This document shows positions 43,848 to 53,101 of a stretch of 64,000 nt of DNA, in pieces. Origin of the DNA: Flavobacteriales bacterium (GTDB taxonomy: Bacteria; Bacteroidota; Bacteroidia; Flavobacteriales; JASBRU01); assembly GCA_030149285.1 (NCBI GenBank), contig JASBRU010000006.1, positions 64,170-128,169 of the forward strand. Direction: 5' to 3'. The notes beneath the pieces were generated by a model. The model saw only the letters and a list, made by a program, of their open reading frames with translations, ran no database searches and had not been told where the DNA came from. Position 1 is the first letter of the stretch; every line of letters starts with the position of its first letter. A program made the translations under genes and the position numbers.

Positions 43848-43870
43848 AACAGGTTACATTTCTCTTAGTT

Positions 43871-43893
43871 AAGCCCCATTTTGGGGCTTTTTT
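43871..43893 (+). terminator. Rho-independent terminator
   Basis: aagcccca-tttt-ggggctt followed by ttttt. Confidence 0.7.
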
Positions 43894-43909
43894 ATTTAAT
43901 TTAGAAGCC

Positions 43910-44380
43910 ATGGCTAGGCAAACCTACTTACGGAGACACTATGGCAAATGCATGGTATTTATTGTTTATGTAGTTATTGCATTTATCCAAAAAACATTTG
44001 ATGTACAATTAGTATATAATCAACTTAGTGTAGATTACTTTAACCATCAGATGGATTACTTTGATGCAAGAGCATTAGTGCTAAAAATAAATGCCATTGC
44101 TTTTATTCTGTTTCCTGCTCTCTTTCTTTTTCTTACCAGACGCTTTTACAGTAGGATACAAACATTGTTTCTATGGCTATTTATTGTATTTATAGGGGTT
44201 TCGCAATTCTTTTTTATTAGCTTTTTAAGCGACTTATACTCCTTAGAAAACAACTTTCAATACGATTCTGATTTTGGTATTATAGGTATAATTATATTCC
44301 CTGTAAATCTTATTTATATTTTTACTCTGGCAATACTATTTGATCTTATGAAAAACAAAAGCTACAACTCTAACCTATGA
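43910..44380 (+). CDS. Integral membrane protein, unknown function
   Basis: Four hydrophobic helices; ATGA overlap with the next gene. Confidence 0.5.
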   Translation: MARQTYLRRHYGKCMVFIVYVVIAFIQKTFDVQLVYNQLSVDYFNHQMDYFDARALVLKINAIAFILFPALFLFLTRRFYSRIQTLFLWLFIVFIGVSQFFFISFLSDLYSLENNFQYDSDFGIIGIIIFPVNLIYIFTLAILFDLMKNKSYNSNL

Positions 44381-45024
44381 AAAAACTACTTCTATTTACT
44401 GTTTTAAGCGCTTTATTAGTCTCTTGCAACAATAACGTTGATACTCAAAAAGGTGATTCAGACCTATCAACTAATCAAGAGAATACAGTATCCGATTCTA
44501 AAGAAAAAGAGATTAAACCTTGCGATAATATTTGGTTCAAAGATATTGATGAGCTTGATTTTGATTCGCTTTGTGTAAATAAAGCTTTTGATGACTCAGT
44601 ATGCTCTGCTATGAACCTGCTGATAATGGCTTCTGAAGGTGACACTAATTTTGTAATGAAAGAAAATTTATTCTTTGAGTTATTAAATATCAACCGTAAA
44701 CTTGACATGAATAGCTTTAATGACAAACAGTTCTACTACTGTACTTTATTTAATTTAGAACATGTTGCAGATGGTATTATGAGCGAATCTTTGGGCTATG
44801 ATTTATTTGAATTATTTGAACACAACCCTTGTGAGTTTTACAAAGCACTTCACCCTTATGCTATTAATTATGAATTTACTGCTAGCTCTATAGTATTTGA
44901 ATGTCAACACCTACCCGACATCAATAGTATATTTATTGGGCATGAAAAACTTTTTACAGATAAACTCTTGCAAAAAACCGTAAACGATTTTCATAAAGAA
45001 GTTACTCGTACAAGAAATCTGTAA
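44377..45024 (+). CDS. Lipoprotein, unknown function
   Basis: MKKLLLFTVLSALLVSC lipobox. Confidence 0.55.
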   Translation: MKKLLLFTVLSALLVSCNNNVDTQKGDSDLSTNQENTVSDSKEKEIKPCDNIWFKDIDELDFDSLCVNKAFDDSVCSAMNLLIMASEGDTNFVMKENLFFELLNINRKLDMNSFNDKQFYYCTLFNLEHVADGIMSESLGYDLFELFEHNPCEFYKALHPYAINYEFTASSIVFECQHLPDINSIFIGHEKLFTDKLLQKTVNDFHKEVTRTRNL

Positions 45025-45073
45025 TTTTATCTAACTAAAATTCAATTGATTACAAATTATTTTCATTTTTTCT

Positions 45074-45103
45074 AAAACAATGTAATAACATTGATGTTAT
45101 AAC
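45074..45103 (+). promoter_or_regulatory. 30-nt operator-like site AAAACAATGT-N10-ATGTTATAAC upstream of the AhpD-like gene
   Basis: The same 30-nt frame recurs at 46420..46449, and the core AATGTTATAAC recurs at 45801..45811. GTTATAAC is palindromic. Confidence 0.4.
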
Positions 45104-45161
45104 ACCATTATTCCGCTATTGGGATAAACAACATCATATTACACTTAACAAAAAGTAAAAA

Positions 45162-45713
45162 ATGAAAACATTTGAAGTATTAAAAAGAGAAGATGCATCA
45201 GAAAAAACACAAGAAATTTTTGATGGTATCAAATCAAAACTGGGTATGGTTCCAAACCTATATGCTACAATAGGTTACTCGCCGGAAATATTAGAGGCTT
45301 ACCTAAACTTTACGCATGTAGCTGAGTCGCAAAGTTTCACTAACAAAGAAACACAAGCTATTTACTTAGCTGTTTCTGAAGCAAACTCTTGTACTTACTG
45401 CCTTGCCGTACATACTGCTATTGGTAAAATGAATGGCTTTACAGATGAGGATACCTATAAGTTACGTAATGCTACAATTGAGGATGAAAAACTAAATGTA
45501 TTGACCACACTAGCTAAAGAAATTGCTGAAACTACCGGTAGACCATCTGCAGAAGCTTTAGATCGTTTTTATGGTTTAGGTTATACAGACCAAGAGTTTG
45601 TAGAGTTTTTGGGCTTAGTAAATGTAAAAATGTTTAGTAACATTTTTCATAATGTAACTAAAATTCCAGTTGACTTTCCAGAGGTAAAACCACTAGAAAG
45701 TGTAACTGTCTAA
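45162..45713 (+). CDS. Carboxymuconolactone decarboxylase/AhpD-like family protein
   Basis: CxxC-containing motif EANSCTYCLAVH, typical of AhpD-like peroxidase-related enzymes. Confidence 0.7.
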   Translation: MKTFEVLKREDASEKTQEIFDGIKSKLGMVPNLYATIGYSPEILEAYLNFTHVAESQSFTNKETQAIYLAVSEANSCTYCLAVHTAIGKMNGFTDEDTYKLRNATIEDEKLNVLTTLAKEIAETTGRPSAEALDRFYGLGYTDQEFVEFLGLVNVKMFSNIFHNVTKIPVDFPEVKPLESVTV

Positions 45714-45723
45714 ATATCCCCCT

Positions 45724-45753
45724 AGCCTCGGCTTAATTGCCGAGGCTATTTTT
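45724..45753 (+). terminator. Rho-independent terminator
   Basis: agcctcggc-ttaatt-gccgaggct followed by attttt. Confidence 0.7.
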
Positions 45754-45800
45754 AAAAAAACTATCTAATACTACTTTAAACTGCTTATTTTTAGCTAATT

Positions 45801-45811
45801 AATGTTATAAC
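45801..45811 (+). promoter_or_regulatory. Core operator-like motif AATGTTATAAC upstream of the MarR gene
   Basis: Exact match to the 3' half-site at 46439..46449. Confidence 0.35.
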
Positions 45812-45881
45812 TTTAAGAAATATGTATCTTTACCAATATTTTCCCATCTAATAAACATTAATAAACAAAGAGTTTTAAAAA

Positions 45882-46340
45882 ATGAAAATTGAAGAGGCTA
45901 TACAGCAAAAGAATTTTAAAAGCGAAAAGCAAAAGCTAATGGCCAACTTATTGTATTCTGGTTTATGGATAAAAGAAAATATCAAATCATTTTTAGAACC
46001 CTACAGCATTACTCAACAACAATTCAACATACTTAGAATTTTGCGCGGTGCAAAAGGAGAACCCTTAAGTACCTTGCAAATACGAGAGCGTATGATTGAT
46101 AAAATGTCTGACACTTCTAGGTTGGTAGATCGTTTACAGCTAAAAGAGTTGGTACGCAAAAACCCATGTCCGCATGATAAACGATTGGTACAAGTATACA
46201 TCTCTGATAAAGGTATGGATGTATTATCTAAAATAGATGAGCAGTATAAAAATTTCCATAGCTGCTTAAGTGGCTTAAGCGATGACGAAATGAAACAGCT
46301 TAATGACCTCCTTGACAAAATGCGGGAGTACAAAAAGTAA
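45882..46340 (+). CDS. MarR-family transcriptional regulator
   Basis: Winged-HTH layout ITQQQFNILRILRG...STLQIRERMIDKMSDTSRLVDRLQLKELVRK...DKRLVQVYISDKG. Confidence 0.8.
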   Translation: MKIEEAIQQKNFKSEKQKLMANLLYSGLWIKENIKSFLEPYSITQQQFNILRILRGAKGEPLSTLQIRERMIDKMSDTSRLVDRLQLKELVRKNPCPHDKRLVQVYISDKGMDVLSKIDEQYKNFHSCLSGLSDDEMKQLNDLLDKMREYKK

Positions 46341-46419
46341 AATTCAATAAGTAAAACCCCATCCCTCAATAACTTATAAATGAGCCTCAAAATAATTGGG
46401 GCTTTTTTTATGTTTTTTC

Positions 46420-46449
46420 AAAACAATGTTTAAACTTTAATGTTATAAC
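46420..46449 (+). promoter_or_regulatory. Second full 30-nt operator-like site, upstream of the SDR gene
   Basis: aaaacaatgt-ttaaacttta-atgttataac, ending 36 nt before ATG 46485. Confidence 0.4.
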
Positions 46450-46484
46450 TCTATTTAGCAACAACCATAAAAAACTCATTAAAA

Positions 46485-47363
46485 ATGAAAGAACCAAAAG
46501 TTATTTTAATAACAGGAGCCAGTAGTGGTTTCGGAAAAGAATCTGCTATAAAACTAGCGCAAGAAGGTAACAATGTATTTGCTACCATGCGTAATGTAAA
46601 TGGCAAAAACAAAGCTGTAGCAGATGAACTTAGCGCTATGAACAACATTACAGTTGTAGAACTAGATGTTACAAGTGACGCATCTGTAGATGCTGCCATT
46701 AATACTATTATAAGTGACGCGGGCCGTATAGATGTATTGGTAAATAATGCAGGTGCCGGACTGATAGGTATCTCTGAAACATTCTCTACCAAAGATGTAG
46801 AAGAGCAATTCGAGATTAATTTGTTTGGTGTATTTAGAGTTACAAAAGCAGTACTACCCTATATGCGTAAGCAAAAAGATGGTTTACTTGTAAATGTATC
46901 AAGCGTGTTTGGCAGACTTACTACTCCACTATTTGCGGTTTACTGTAGCAGTAAATATGCATTAGAAGGTTTGGCCGAGGCTTGGCGTTATGAGTTAAGC
47001 CCAGTGGGTATAGACTCTGTAATTGTAGAGCCGGGAGCTTTCCCTACCACCAATTTCTTTGCCAATGCAAAAAGCCTATCTGTAGAAGAAGAAACTGTAG
47101 CAAATGACTATGGCGATTTAGCCGTATTACCAGAGAAAATTGGAGCAATGTTTACAGATTTGGTAGAAGCAGGTAATGCCCAAAACCCATTAATGGTATC
47201 TGATGCAATTGCAGAACTGATAAACACACCAAAAGGAGAACGACCATTGCGTACTGTTGTAGATGGTGGTCATAAAGAAGCTGTAGGTGCTTATAACGAT
47301 CATGTAAAAGAACTACAAAAAGCAACTTTAGAAGGCTTTATGATGGGGCAGTTTTATAACTAA
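46485..47363 (+). CDS. Short-chain dehydrogenase/reductase (SDR) family oxidoreductase
   Basis: TGASSGFG cofactor motif, NNAG, and catalytic YCSSK. Confidence 0.85.
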   Translation: MKEPKVILITGASSGFGKESAIKLAQEGNNVFATMRNVNGKNKAVADELSAMNNITVVELDVTSDASVDAAINTIISDAGRIDVLVNNAGAGLIGISETFSTKDVEEQFEINLFGVFRVTKAVLPYMRKQKDGLLVNVSSVFGRLTTPLFAVYCSSKYALEGLAEAWRYELSPVGIDSVIVEPGAFPTTNFFANAKSLSVEEETVANDYGDLAVLPEKIGAMFTDLVEAGNAQNPLMVSDAIAELINTPKGERPLRTVVDGGHKEAVGAYNDHVKELQKATLEGFMMGQFYN

Positions 47364-47385
47364 TCATCAATTAAATAATTTAAAA

Positions 47386-47411
47386 AGCGAGCCAACTGGC
47401 TCGCTTTTTTT
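47386..47411 (+). terminator. Rho-independent terminator
   Basis: gcgagcc-aact-ggctcgc followed by ttttttt. Confidence 0.75.
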
Positions 47412-47451
47412 ATGAAATAAACAGTAATTTTAGAGCTGTAAAACTACAGCC

Positions 47452-48033
47452 GTGTACAAACTACTACTAGATAACATACGCAGACATATAACTCTTACTC
47501 CGGAGGAAGAAGCGTTTTTTGTGTCTTTACTACAACATCGCAGAATAAGAAAAAGGCAATACCTTATACAAGAAGGGGATGTATGTAAATACGAAACCTT
47601 TGTAATAAAAGGTTGCTTACGTGCCTATAGTGTAGATGAAAACGGACAAGAACACATTATACAGTTTGCCGAAGAAGATTGGTGGGTTGGAGATATGTAT
47701 AGTTTTACAACCCGAGAACCTGCAATTTTTAATGTAGATGCCTTAGAAGACTCAGAAGTATTGCAATTAAGCTTTGAAAACCAAGAAGAACTATTTAAAA
47801 CCTATCCAAAATTTGAACGCTTTTTCCGTATTATAGTCCAAAACGGTTTTATATCACTGCAACGCCGCGTTATAGCAAACATGAGCAAACCCGCAGAAGA
47901 ACGTTACCTAGACTTTGCCAATAGATACCCTAGTATCCTCAACCGTGTACCTCAGCATCAGGTAGCATCATACCTAGGCATTACTCCGGAGTTTTTAAGC
48001 AGAATACGCAAGCAAGTAGCCCATAAATCTTAA
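47452..48033 (+). CDS. Crp/Fnr-family (cNMP-binding domain) transcriptional regulator
   Basis: Beta-roll region YLIQEGDVCKYETFVIKGCLRAY and C-terminal HTH VPQHQVASYLGITPEFLSRIR. GTG start. Confidence 0.75.
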   Translation: MYKLLLDNIRRHITLTPEEEAFFVSLLQHRRIRKRQYLIQEGDVCKYETFVIKGCLRAYSVDENGQEHIIQFAEEDWWVGDMYSFTTREPAIFNVDALEDSEVLQLSFENQEELFKTYPKFERFFRIIVQNGFISLQRRVIANMSKPAEERYLDFANRYPSILNRVPQHQVASYLGITPEFLSRIRKQVAHKS

Positions 48034-48122
48034 ACTAGATCAATAGTTTTTTCTAAACTACATCAATGCACAGCTATGCTGCGCTTATGACATTTGTATT
48101 GTTAATTAAATACATAAAAATC

Positions 48123-48476
48123 ATGAGCGAAATAAAAAATAAAGTAGCTGAGCTAAATCAAATGATACTAGAAGGCAAAGCCCTAGAAGCATTTGAAAAA
48201 TTTTACCACAACGATATTGTAATGCAAGAAAACGGTGGCGAACCTACCATTGGTAAAGACGCCAACCGCAAACGAGAAGAAGAGTTTTTTGGCAACATTA
48301 CAGAGTTTAGAGGTGCACAAGTACACAATATATCTGTAGGCGAAAACTGTTCGGCTGTAGAGTGGTCTTTTGATTATACACACAAAGAATGGGGCGAACG
48401 CAATTACCGCCAAGTATGTGTACAAGACTGGAAAGACGGACAAATAGTAAGCGAACGCTTCTATTACGGCCAATAA
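48123..48476 (+). CDS. SnoaL-like / NTF2-fold protein
   Basis: AFEKFYHNDIVMQENG...VSERFYYG. Paralogue of 61344..61712. Start moved to ATG 48123. Confidence 0.6.
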   Translation: MSEIKNKVAELNQMILEGKALEAFEKFYHNDIVMQENGGEPTIGKDANRKREEEFFGNITEFRGAQVHNISVGENCSAVEWSFDYTHKEWGERNYRQVCVQDWKDGQIVSERFYYGQ

Positions 48477-48498
48477 AAACTAACTAAACCAAACAAAA

Positions 48499-48954
48499 AT
48501 GTTACAGAAATTAATAAAAACAGATAGCAGCAATACTGCTGCACTAGTATTGCGCTTAACAATTGGGCTAGTAATGTTCCCTCACGGTGCTCAAAAACTA
48601 TTTGGCATGTTTGGCGGGTATGGCTTTAGCGGTACCATGCAATACTTTACAGAAACCGCAGGTATACCATGGGTATTGGCCTTTTTAGTAATTATTGGCG
48701 AAGCTCTAGGCTCATTGGCTTTAATAGCCGGTTTTGCTACCCGATTTGTAGCGGGTTCATACATATTATTGATGGCAGGTATTATCTTTTTTGCCGGACA
48801 CCTTGAGAATGGCTTTTTTATGAACTGGACCGGCGCCCAAGCAGGCGAGGGTTATGAATACCACTTACTAGTAATAGGTATGGCAATTGCCTTATTAATT
48901 ACCGGTAGCGGAAAAGCCTCTGTAGATGCTAAACTACAAGCCTCTACCAACTAA
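48499..48954 (+). CDS. DoxX-family membrane protein
   Basis: [25 protein letters not shown] plus four TM helices. Confidence 0.75.
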   Translation: MLQKLIKTDSSNTAALVLRLTIGLVMFPHGAQKLFGMFGGYGFSGTMQYFTETAGIPWVLAFLVIIGEALGSLALIAGFATRFVAGSYILLMAGIIFFAGHLENGFFMNWTGAQAGEGYEYHLLVIGMAIALLITGSGKASVDAKLQASTN

Positions 48955-48978
48955 TTATTGAATTTATACAGTTTACAA

Positions 48979-49004
48979 AGCAGGCAAATTTGCCTGCTTT
49001 TTTA
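48979..49004 (+). terminator. Rho-independent terminator
   Basis: agcaggcaaa-tttgcctgct followed by tttttt. Confidence 0.75.
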
Positions 49005-49155
49005 TTTTTATAAAACACTGAAAAACAACGCTTAACATTAAATTAACATAGTAAGTTATTTATTTTCAGTGCACTAATTTTTTAAATACAATGCTTGCAT
49101 CTATTAGATATTTAGTATCTTAGGATGAACGAAACAATTCTTATCAAGAGCTATT

Positions 49156-50271
49156 TTGGAAGTCTTAGAGAAAATACTAAGTAAACACCTCCGAGCAATA
49201 TACGGTATGCCAACCATTGGCATTATTACATCCGTACCTGACAAGGGCATTGTAGATGTAAACCCCGCTATATGCAAAATGTTGGGTTATGCCCGAAAAG
49301 AACTCCTTACCAAAAAATGGACGGACATTACTCACCCGGATGATGTAGACCTTGATGTAGGTTATTTTTCCAAAATACTAAATAACGAGATTGATAGCTA
49401 TACGATAGAAAAACGCTACATCCATAAAAATGATACCATTATATGGATAGAGCTATCTGTAGAATGTATAAAAAATGATGATGATGAGATTGACTTTTTT
49501 GTAGCGCTTATTAAAAATATTGATGACCGCAAAGGGGCAGAAAACAGACTACAAGCAGAGCTTGATAAAACCAAAGCCCTAAGTCAAAACTTAGAAAACA
49601 GAAACAAACACCTTAGAGAATTTGCCCATATTACATCTCATAACCTTAGAGCGCCTGTAAGCACAATGGCTAGTTTACTAGACATGCTTATTTCGGAAAA
49701 CGACCAAGAAATGAGACTTACTATTATAGAAAAAATTGAAGAGGTAAACTCTCAGTTACTAGAAACCCTAGATAGTTTAGGAGAAGCCCTAGAAATACAA
49801 GAAGGGCAAAACCTTGAGTTTAAACATGCTGACATTGATTATAAACTAAAGCGCACCATCAAGTTTTTACAAACTGATATTAAAGCCAACAAAGTAAAAA
49901 TAAGTACCGATTTTAGCAGAGCCCCAACCATATATGTATACCCGGGCTATATGCAAAGTATATTATTAAACCTGATAAGCAATGCAATAAATTACAGATC
50001 TAAAGAACGAGACCCCATCATACATATTTCTTCTGATACTGATGAAAACTACACCTATATACATGTTACAGATAATGGTTTGGGTATAGATTTAGAACGA
50101 CATGCCGACAAGGTATTTGGCTTGTATAAAACTTTTCATCGTAACCCTAAAGCAAAGGGTGTTGGGCTATTTATGGTTAAAAACCAAGTAGAAGCAATGG
50201 ACGGAGAAATTTCAGTTGAAAGTGAAGTTGATAAAGGAACAACATTTACCCTTAAATTTCCCAAGCAATGA
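49156..50271 (+). CDS. PAS-domain sensor histidine kinase
   Basis: PAS core, H-box FAHITSHNLRAPV, N-box LLNLISNAINY, G-boxes DNGLGIDL and GVGLFMVKNQVEAMDGEI. The start is uncertain (TTG in the track). Confidence 0.8.
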   Translation: MEVLEKILSKHLRAIYGMPTIGIITSVPDKGIVDVNPAICKMLGYARKELLTKKWTDITHPDDVDLDVGYFSKILNNEIDSYTIEKRYIHKNDTIIWIELSVECIKNDDDEIDFFVALIKNIDDRKGAENRLQAELDKTKALSQNLENRNKHLREFAHITSHNLRAPVSTMASLLDMLISENDQEMRLTIIEKIEEVNSQLLETLDSLGEALEIQEGQNLEFKHADIDYKLKRTIKFLQTDIKANKVKISTDFSRAPTIYVYPGYMQSILLNLISNAINYRSKERDPIIHISSDTDENYTYIHVTDNGLGIDLERHADKVFGLYKTFHRNPKAKGVGLFMVKNQVEAMDGEISVESEVDKGTTFTLKFPKQ

Positions 50272-50663
50272 GCAAGGCAAGAACATTATGTGTGATAGAC
50301 GATGATAATATTTATCAGTTTACGGTAAAGCATTTTATTAAAAATGAAAAACTAGCTGATGAGATAATTACTTTTGCTGATGGAGAAGAGGCTATCAATT
50401 ATTTTACAGAAAACATAAATAAACCTGAGGCTTTACCGGATATAATTTTGCTAGACATAAACATGCCTATTATGGACGGGTGGCAATTTTTAGATGAATA
50501 CGAAAAAATTGTAGATAAGCTCCCTAAACAGATTACCATATATATGGTATCCTCTTCTGTAGACCATGAAGACCTTAAAAAAGCCAGAGGCATAAACCTT
50601 ATAAGTAATTACTTTACAAAGCCTTTAAAAGTAGCCGACTATTATTTGATGTTAAACGCTTAA
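50268..50663 (+). CDS. Stand-alone response-regulator receiver (CheY-like) protein
   Basis: DDD acidic pocket, phospho-acceptor in ILLDINMPIMDGW, and a conserved K in FTKPL. There is no output domain. ATGA overlap with the kinase. Confidence 0.8.
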   Translation: MSKARTLCVIDDDNIYQFTVKHFIKNEKLADEIITFADGEEAINYFTENINKPEALPDIILLDINMPIMDGWQFLDEYEKIVDKLPKQITIYMVSSSVDHEDLKKARGINLISNYFTKPLKVADYYLMLNA

Positions 50664-50687
50664 ATTAGCGCAAACTAATCTTAAAGT

Positions 50688-51068
50688 ATGTACGTATCTA
50701 TTACCCGCTTTCGGATTAAACACCTGTTGGCTCTACCTCGTTTTATGATGCTTTCTGCACCTGCATTTAACCAAGCCCAACAAGCCAAGGGAAACCTATT
50801 TTGCGAAACCAAAAATGTAAGTATGTTTGCTTACTGGACGCTTACCGCTTGGGATACAAAGCAAGATATGCTTAATTACCTAAAACAACCTGCACATATA
50901 AAGGCTATTAAAATTTCATCTAAAATAGCATCGGGGCTAAACTCTTATGGCTACGAAACCACAGACTTACCTACTTGGAAAGAGGCAATAGAAATTATGC
51001 ACAAGCAACCCAACACAGATAAGATGCCAAGGTATGCACCCAATGCAAAAAACAAAAGCTTAAAATAA
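50688..51068 (+). CDS. DUF3291-like (dimeric alpha/beta-barrel) protein
   Basis: 126 aa. The pattern ITRFRIKH...WTLTAWDTKQDMLNYLKQPAH fits that family layout. Confidence 0.45.
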   Translation: MYVSITRFRIKHLLALPRFMMLSAPAFNQAQQAKGNLFCETKNVSMFAYWTLTAWDTKQDMLNYLKQPAHIKAIKISSKIASGLNSYGYETTDLPTWKEAIEIMHKQPNTDKMPRYAPNAKNKSLK

Positions 51069-51094
51069 GCACATTAGCTATATTTTTCTATCTT

Positions 51095-51114
51095 TATAGA
51101 CCAATCGGTCTATA
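51095..51114. promoter_or_regulatory. Perfect 8-bp inverted repeat TATAGACC-aatc-GGTCTATA, 2 nt upstream of the TetR start codon (probable autoregulatory operator)
   Basis: Read directly from the sequence. Confidence 0.5.
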
Positions 51115-51116
51115 TT

Positions 51117-51713
51117 ATGCAAGCAAAAAGCAATACCAAAGAAAAAATAATAACAATTGGGCTACAAATGGTGCTTTATAATGGCTACCACAATACAGGC
51201 TTAATAGAACTGATAGAAAAAGCAAATATCTCTAAAGGCACTTTTTATCATTACTTTAAAAGCAAAGAAGCTTTTGCAATAGAGCTGATTGAACAATACA
51301 CAAAAACCACACTAGAAGTAATGACACAAGGTGCAAACAGCAATGTAAGCGCCATAGAAAACCTAAAAAAGGTTTTTCAAAACAAAATAGCCCTACAAGA
51401 AAGCCTACAGTACAAAAGAGGCTGTTTGCTAGGTAATTTCAGTATAGAAATGGGCAACCTTAGCCCTGCCCTGCAGCAAAAAACAGAAGAAGCTCATTTG
51501 GAGTTAACCACCATTGTAATAAGCTTTTTACAAGAAGCCTTACAAAACGGAGAGCTGGAAGATGATATAGACGCCCACGAAACTGCAAACTATATAATGA
51601 ATAGCTGGCAAGGCGCTTTACTACGCATGAAATCTGCGAAAAGTAACAAGCCACTAAAGCTATTTTTCAGCCATACATTTAACACACTCTTAAAAAAGAA
51701 TACCGCAGAATAG
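51117..51713 (+). CDS. TetR/AcrR-family transcriptional regulator
   Basis: N-terminal HTH GYHNTGLIELIEKANISKGTFYHYFKSKE. Confidence 0.85.
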   Translation: MQAKSNTKEKIITIGLQMVLYNGYHNTGLIELIEKANISKGTFYHYFKSKEAFAIELIEQYTKTTLEVMTQGANSNVSAIENLKKVFQNKIALQESLQYKRGCLLGNFSIEMGNLSPALQQKTEEAHLELTTIVISFLQEALQNGELEDDIDAHETANYIMNSWQGALLRMKSAKSNKPLKLFFSHTFNTLLKKNTAE

Positions 51714-51740
51714 ATGTATATTACAACATCCAGAAACTAA

Positions 51741-52127
51741 ATGGCCAACAACAATACCATATTATTTGATAGTTTTTCTGATCCTGTGTCGGCACACATA
51801 TTACGCTCTAAGTTTGAGGATGCCGGTATACACAGCTTTCTAAAGGGAGAAAACAGCCACTTGTACTCGCAAATAGCCGTACCCATAGAGGTATGGATAT
51901 ACGAGCAAGATTTAGACAAAGCCCTACAAGTTTTTCATAAAGAGTACCCGGGTTTACATCCGCCCTGCCCCATTTGCCAATCTACAGAGGTGCGCATTCA
52001 CTTAGATTATGCAGAAAGCAACAAAAGCTTTTGGAAACATTTAAAAGATGCATTTGTTAGCAATTACAAATCATCAAAAACTCAATACAAGTGCTACAAT
52101 TGCGGCAATACTTTTACCGAAGACTAA
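51741..52127 (+). CDS. DUF2007-like protein with C-terminal zinc-ribbon
   Basis: SDPVSAHILRSKFEDAGIHSFL...IYEQDLDKALQVF, then CPICQS...CYNCGN. Confidence 0.55.
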   Translation: MANNNTILFDSFSDPVSAHILRSKFEDAGIHSFLKGENSHLYSQIAVPIEVWIYEQDLDKALQVFHKEYPGLHPPCPICQSTEVRIHLDYAESNKSFWKHLKDAFVSNYKSSKTQYKCYNCGNTFTED

Positions 52128-52171
52128 GTAGCTATTGTAGCTTATGGCACTTTCTTTGTACTTTTACACAT

Positions 52172-53101
52172 ATGCATAAAATACTGTTTTTAGCACTGTG
52201 CTTTGCAACAGCATTGGCACACGGGCAAGCACAAGTTAAACCATACGGAACCTTAGATAAAGAGCAAGCAAAAAGCAATTTGGTAAAAACTGCTACAGTA
52301 ACTATTGCCCCTAACCCGGAGTACACAAAACTAGATAGCGGAGCAGTAATAAAAGTATGGGAATACGATACAGCAGGGCACACCATTATTAACCAAGACT
52401 ATATATACCAAAGTGGCAGAGTTTATATAAACACCGAGAAAAATAGCTTCCAAAACAATAAACTTATATACACCTCTAGCGGACTTGGCGCTGGCCAAAA
52501 AATAACCATTGAGTATACTTATAATGATCAAGGCTTATTGGCAACCGAAACTCACAAAAACGGAGGAAAACTTGAACAGGTACTAAACTACACCTACAAA
52601 AAAGGAAAGTTATATAAACTAGAAAGCATTTTTGCATTAGACAGCACCAGAAATCATTACAAAAACAGAGTAGAATACCACTCTTACCACTTACTAAGCG
52701 GGCTGCTAAAAAGCATAAAAACCGAGTGGGGAAAAGGCCATAAAAAAGAAGAGTTTTTTTGGTATTGGGATAATGGAAAAATAAAGGAACATATTATTGT
52801 AACCGAAAAAGAATCGGAAAAATACATGTATGAGTATACTGATGACAGCAAGCTGTTTAAAGAAACAAAGGTGAGTAACGAAAACTACAAAACCCCAGAC
52901 CATACTATAGAGTATTTGTTTTATAATGATGGTAGATTGTTTGAAAGACAAAACAGAAACAGAATAAAAGAAGAACCCTATAAAATACAGTTTAGCTACT
53001 ACCCAAACGGGCTAGTAAAACAAGAGAAATACATAGATTTTTCTACAGGTTGGACTGCCTTTATATACCAATATAACTATACATACTACACACAGCCATG
53101 A
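52172..53101 (+). CDS. Secreted repeat protein (MORN-variant/YD-like repeats)
   Basis: Signal MHKILFLALCFATALAHGQ. It has repeated Y-x-Y-x-x-G-x-L type units. Start moved to ATG 52172. Confidence 0.5.
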   Translation: MHKILFLALCFATALAHGQAQVKPYGTLDKEQAKSNLVKTATVTIAPNPEYTKLDSGAVIKVWEYDTAGHTIINQDYIYQSGRVYINTEKNSFQNNKLIYTSSGLGAGQKITIEYTYNDQGLLATETHKNGGKLEQVLNYTYKKGKLYKLESIFALDSTRNHYKNRVEYHSYHLLSGLLKSIKTEWGKGHKKEEFFWYWDNGKIKEHIIVTEKESEKYMYEYTDDSKLFKETKVSNENYKTPDHTIEYLFYNDGRLFERQNRNRIKEEPYKIQFSYYPNGLVKQEKYIDFSTGWTAFIYQYNYTYYTQP

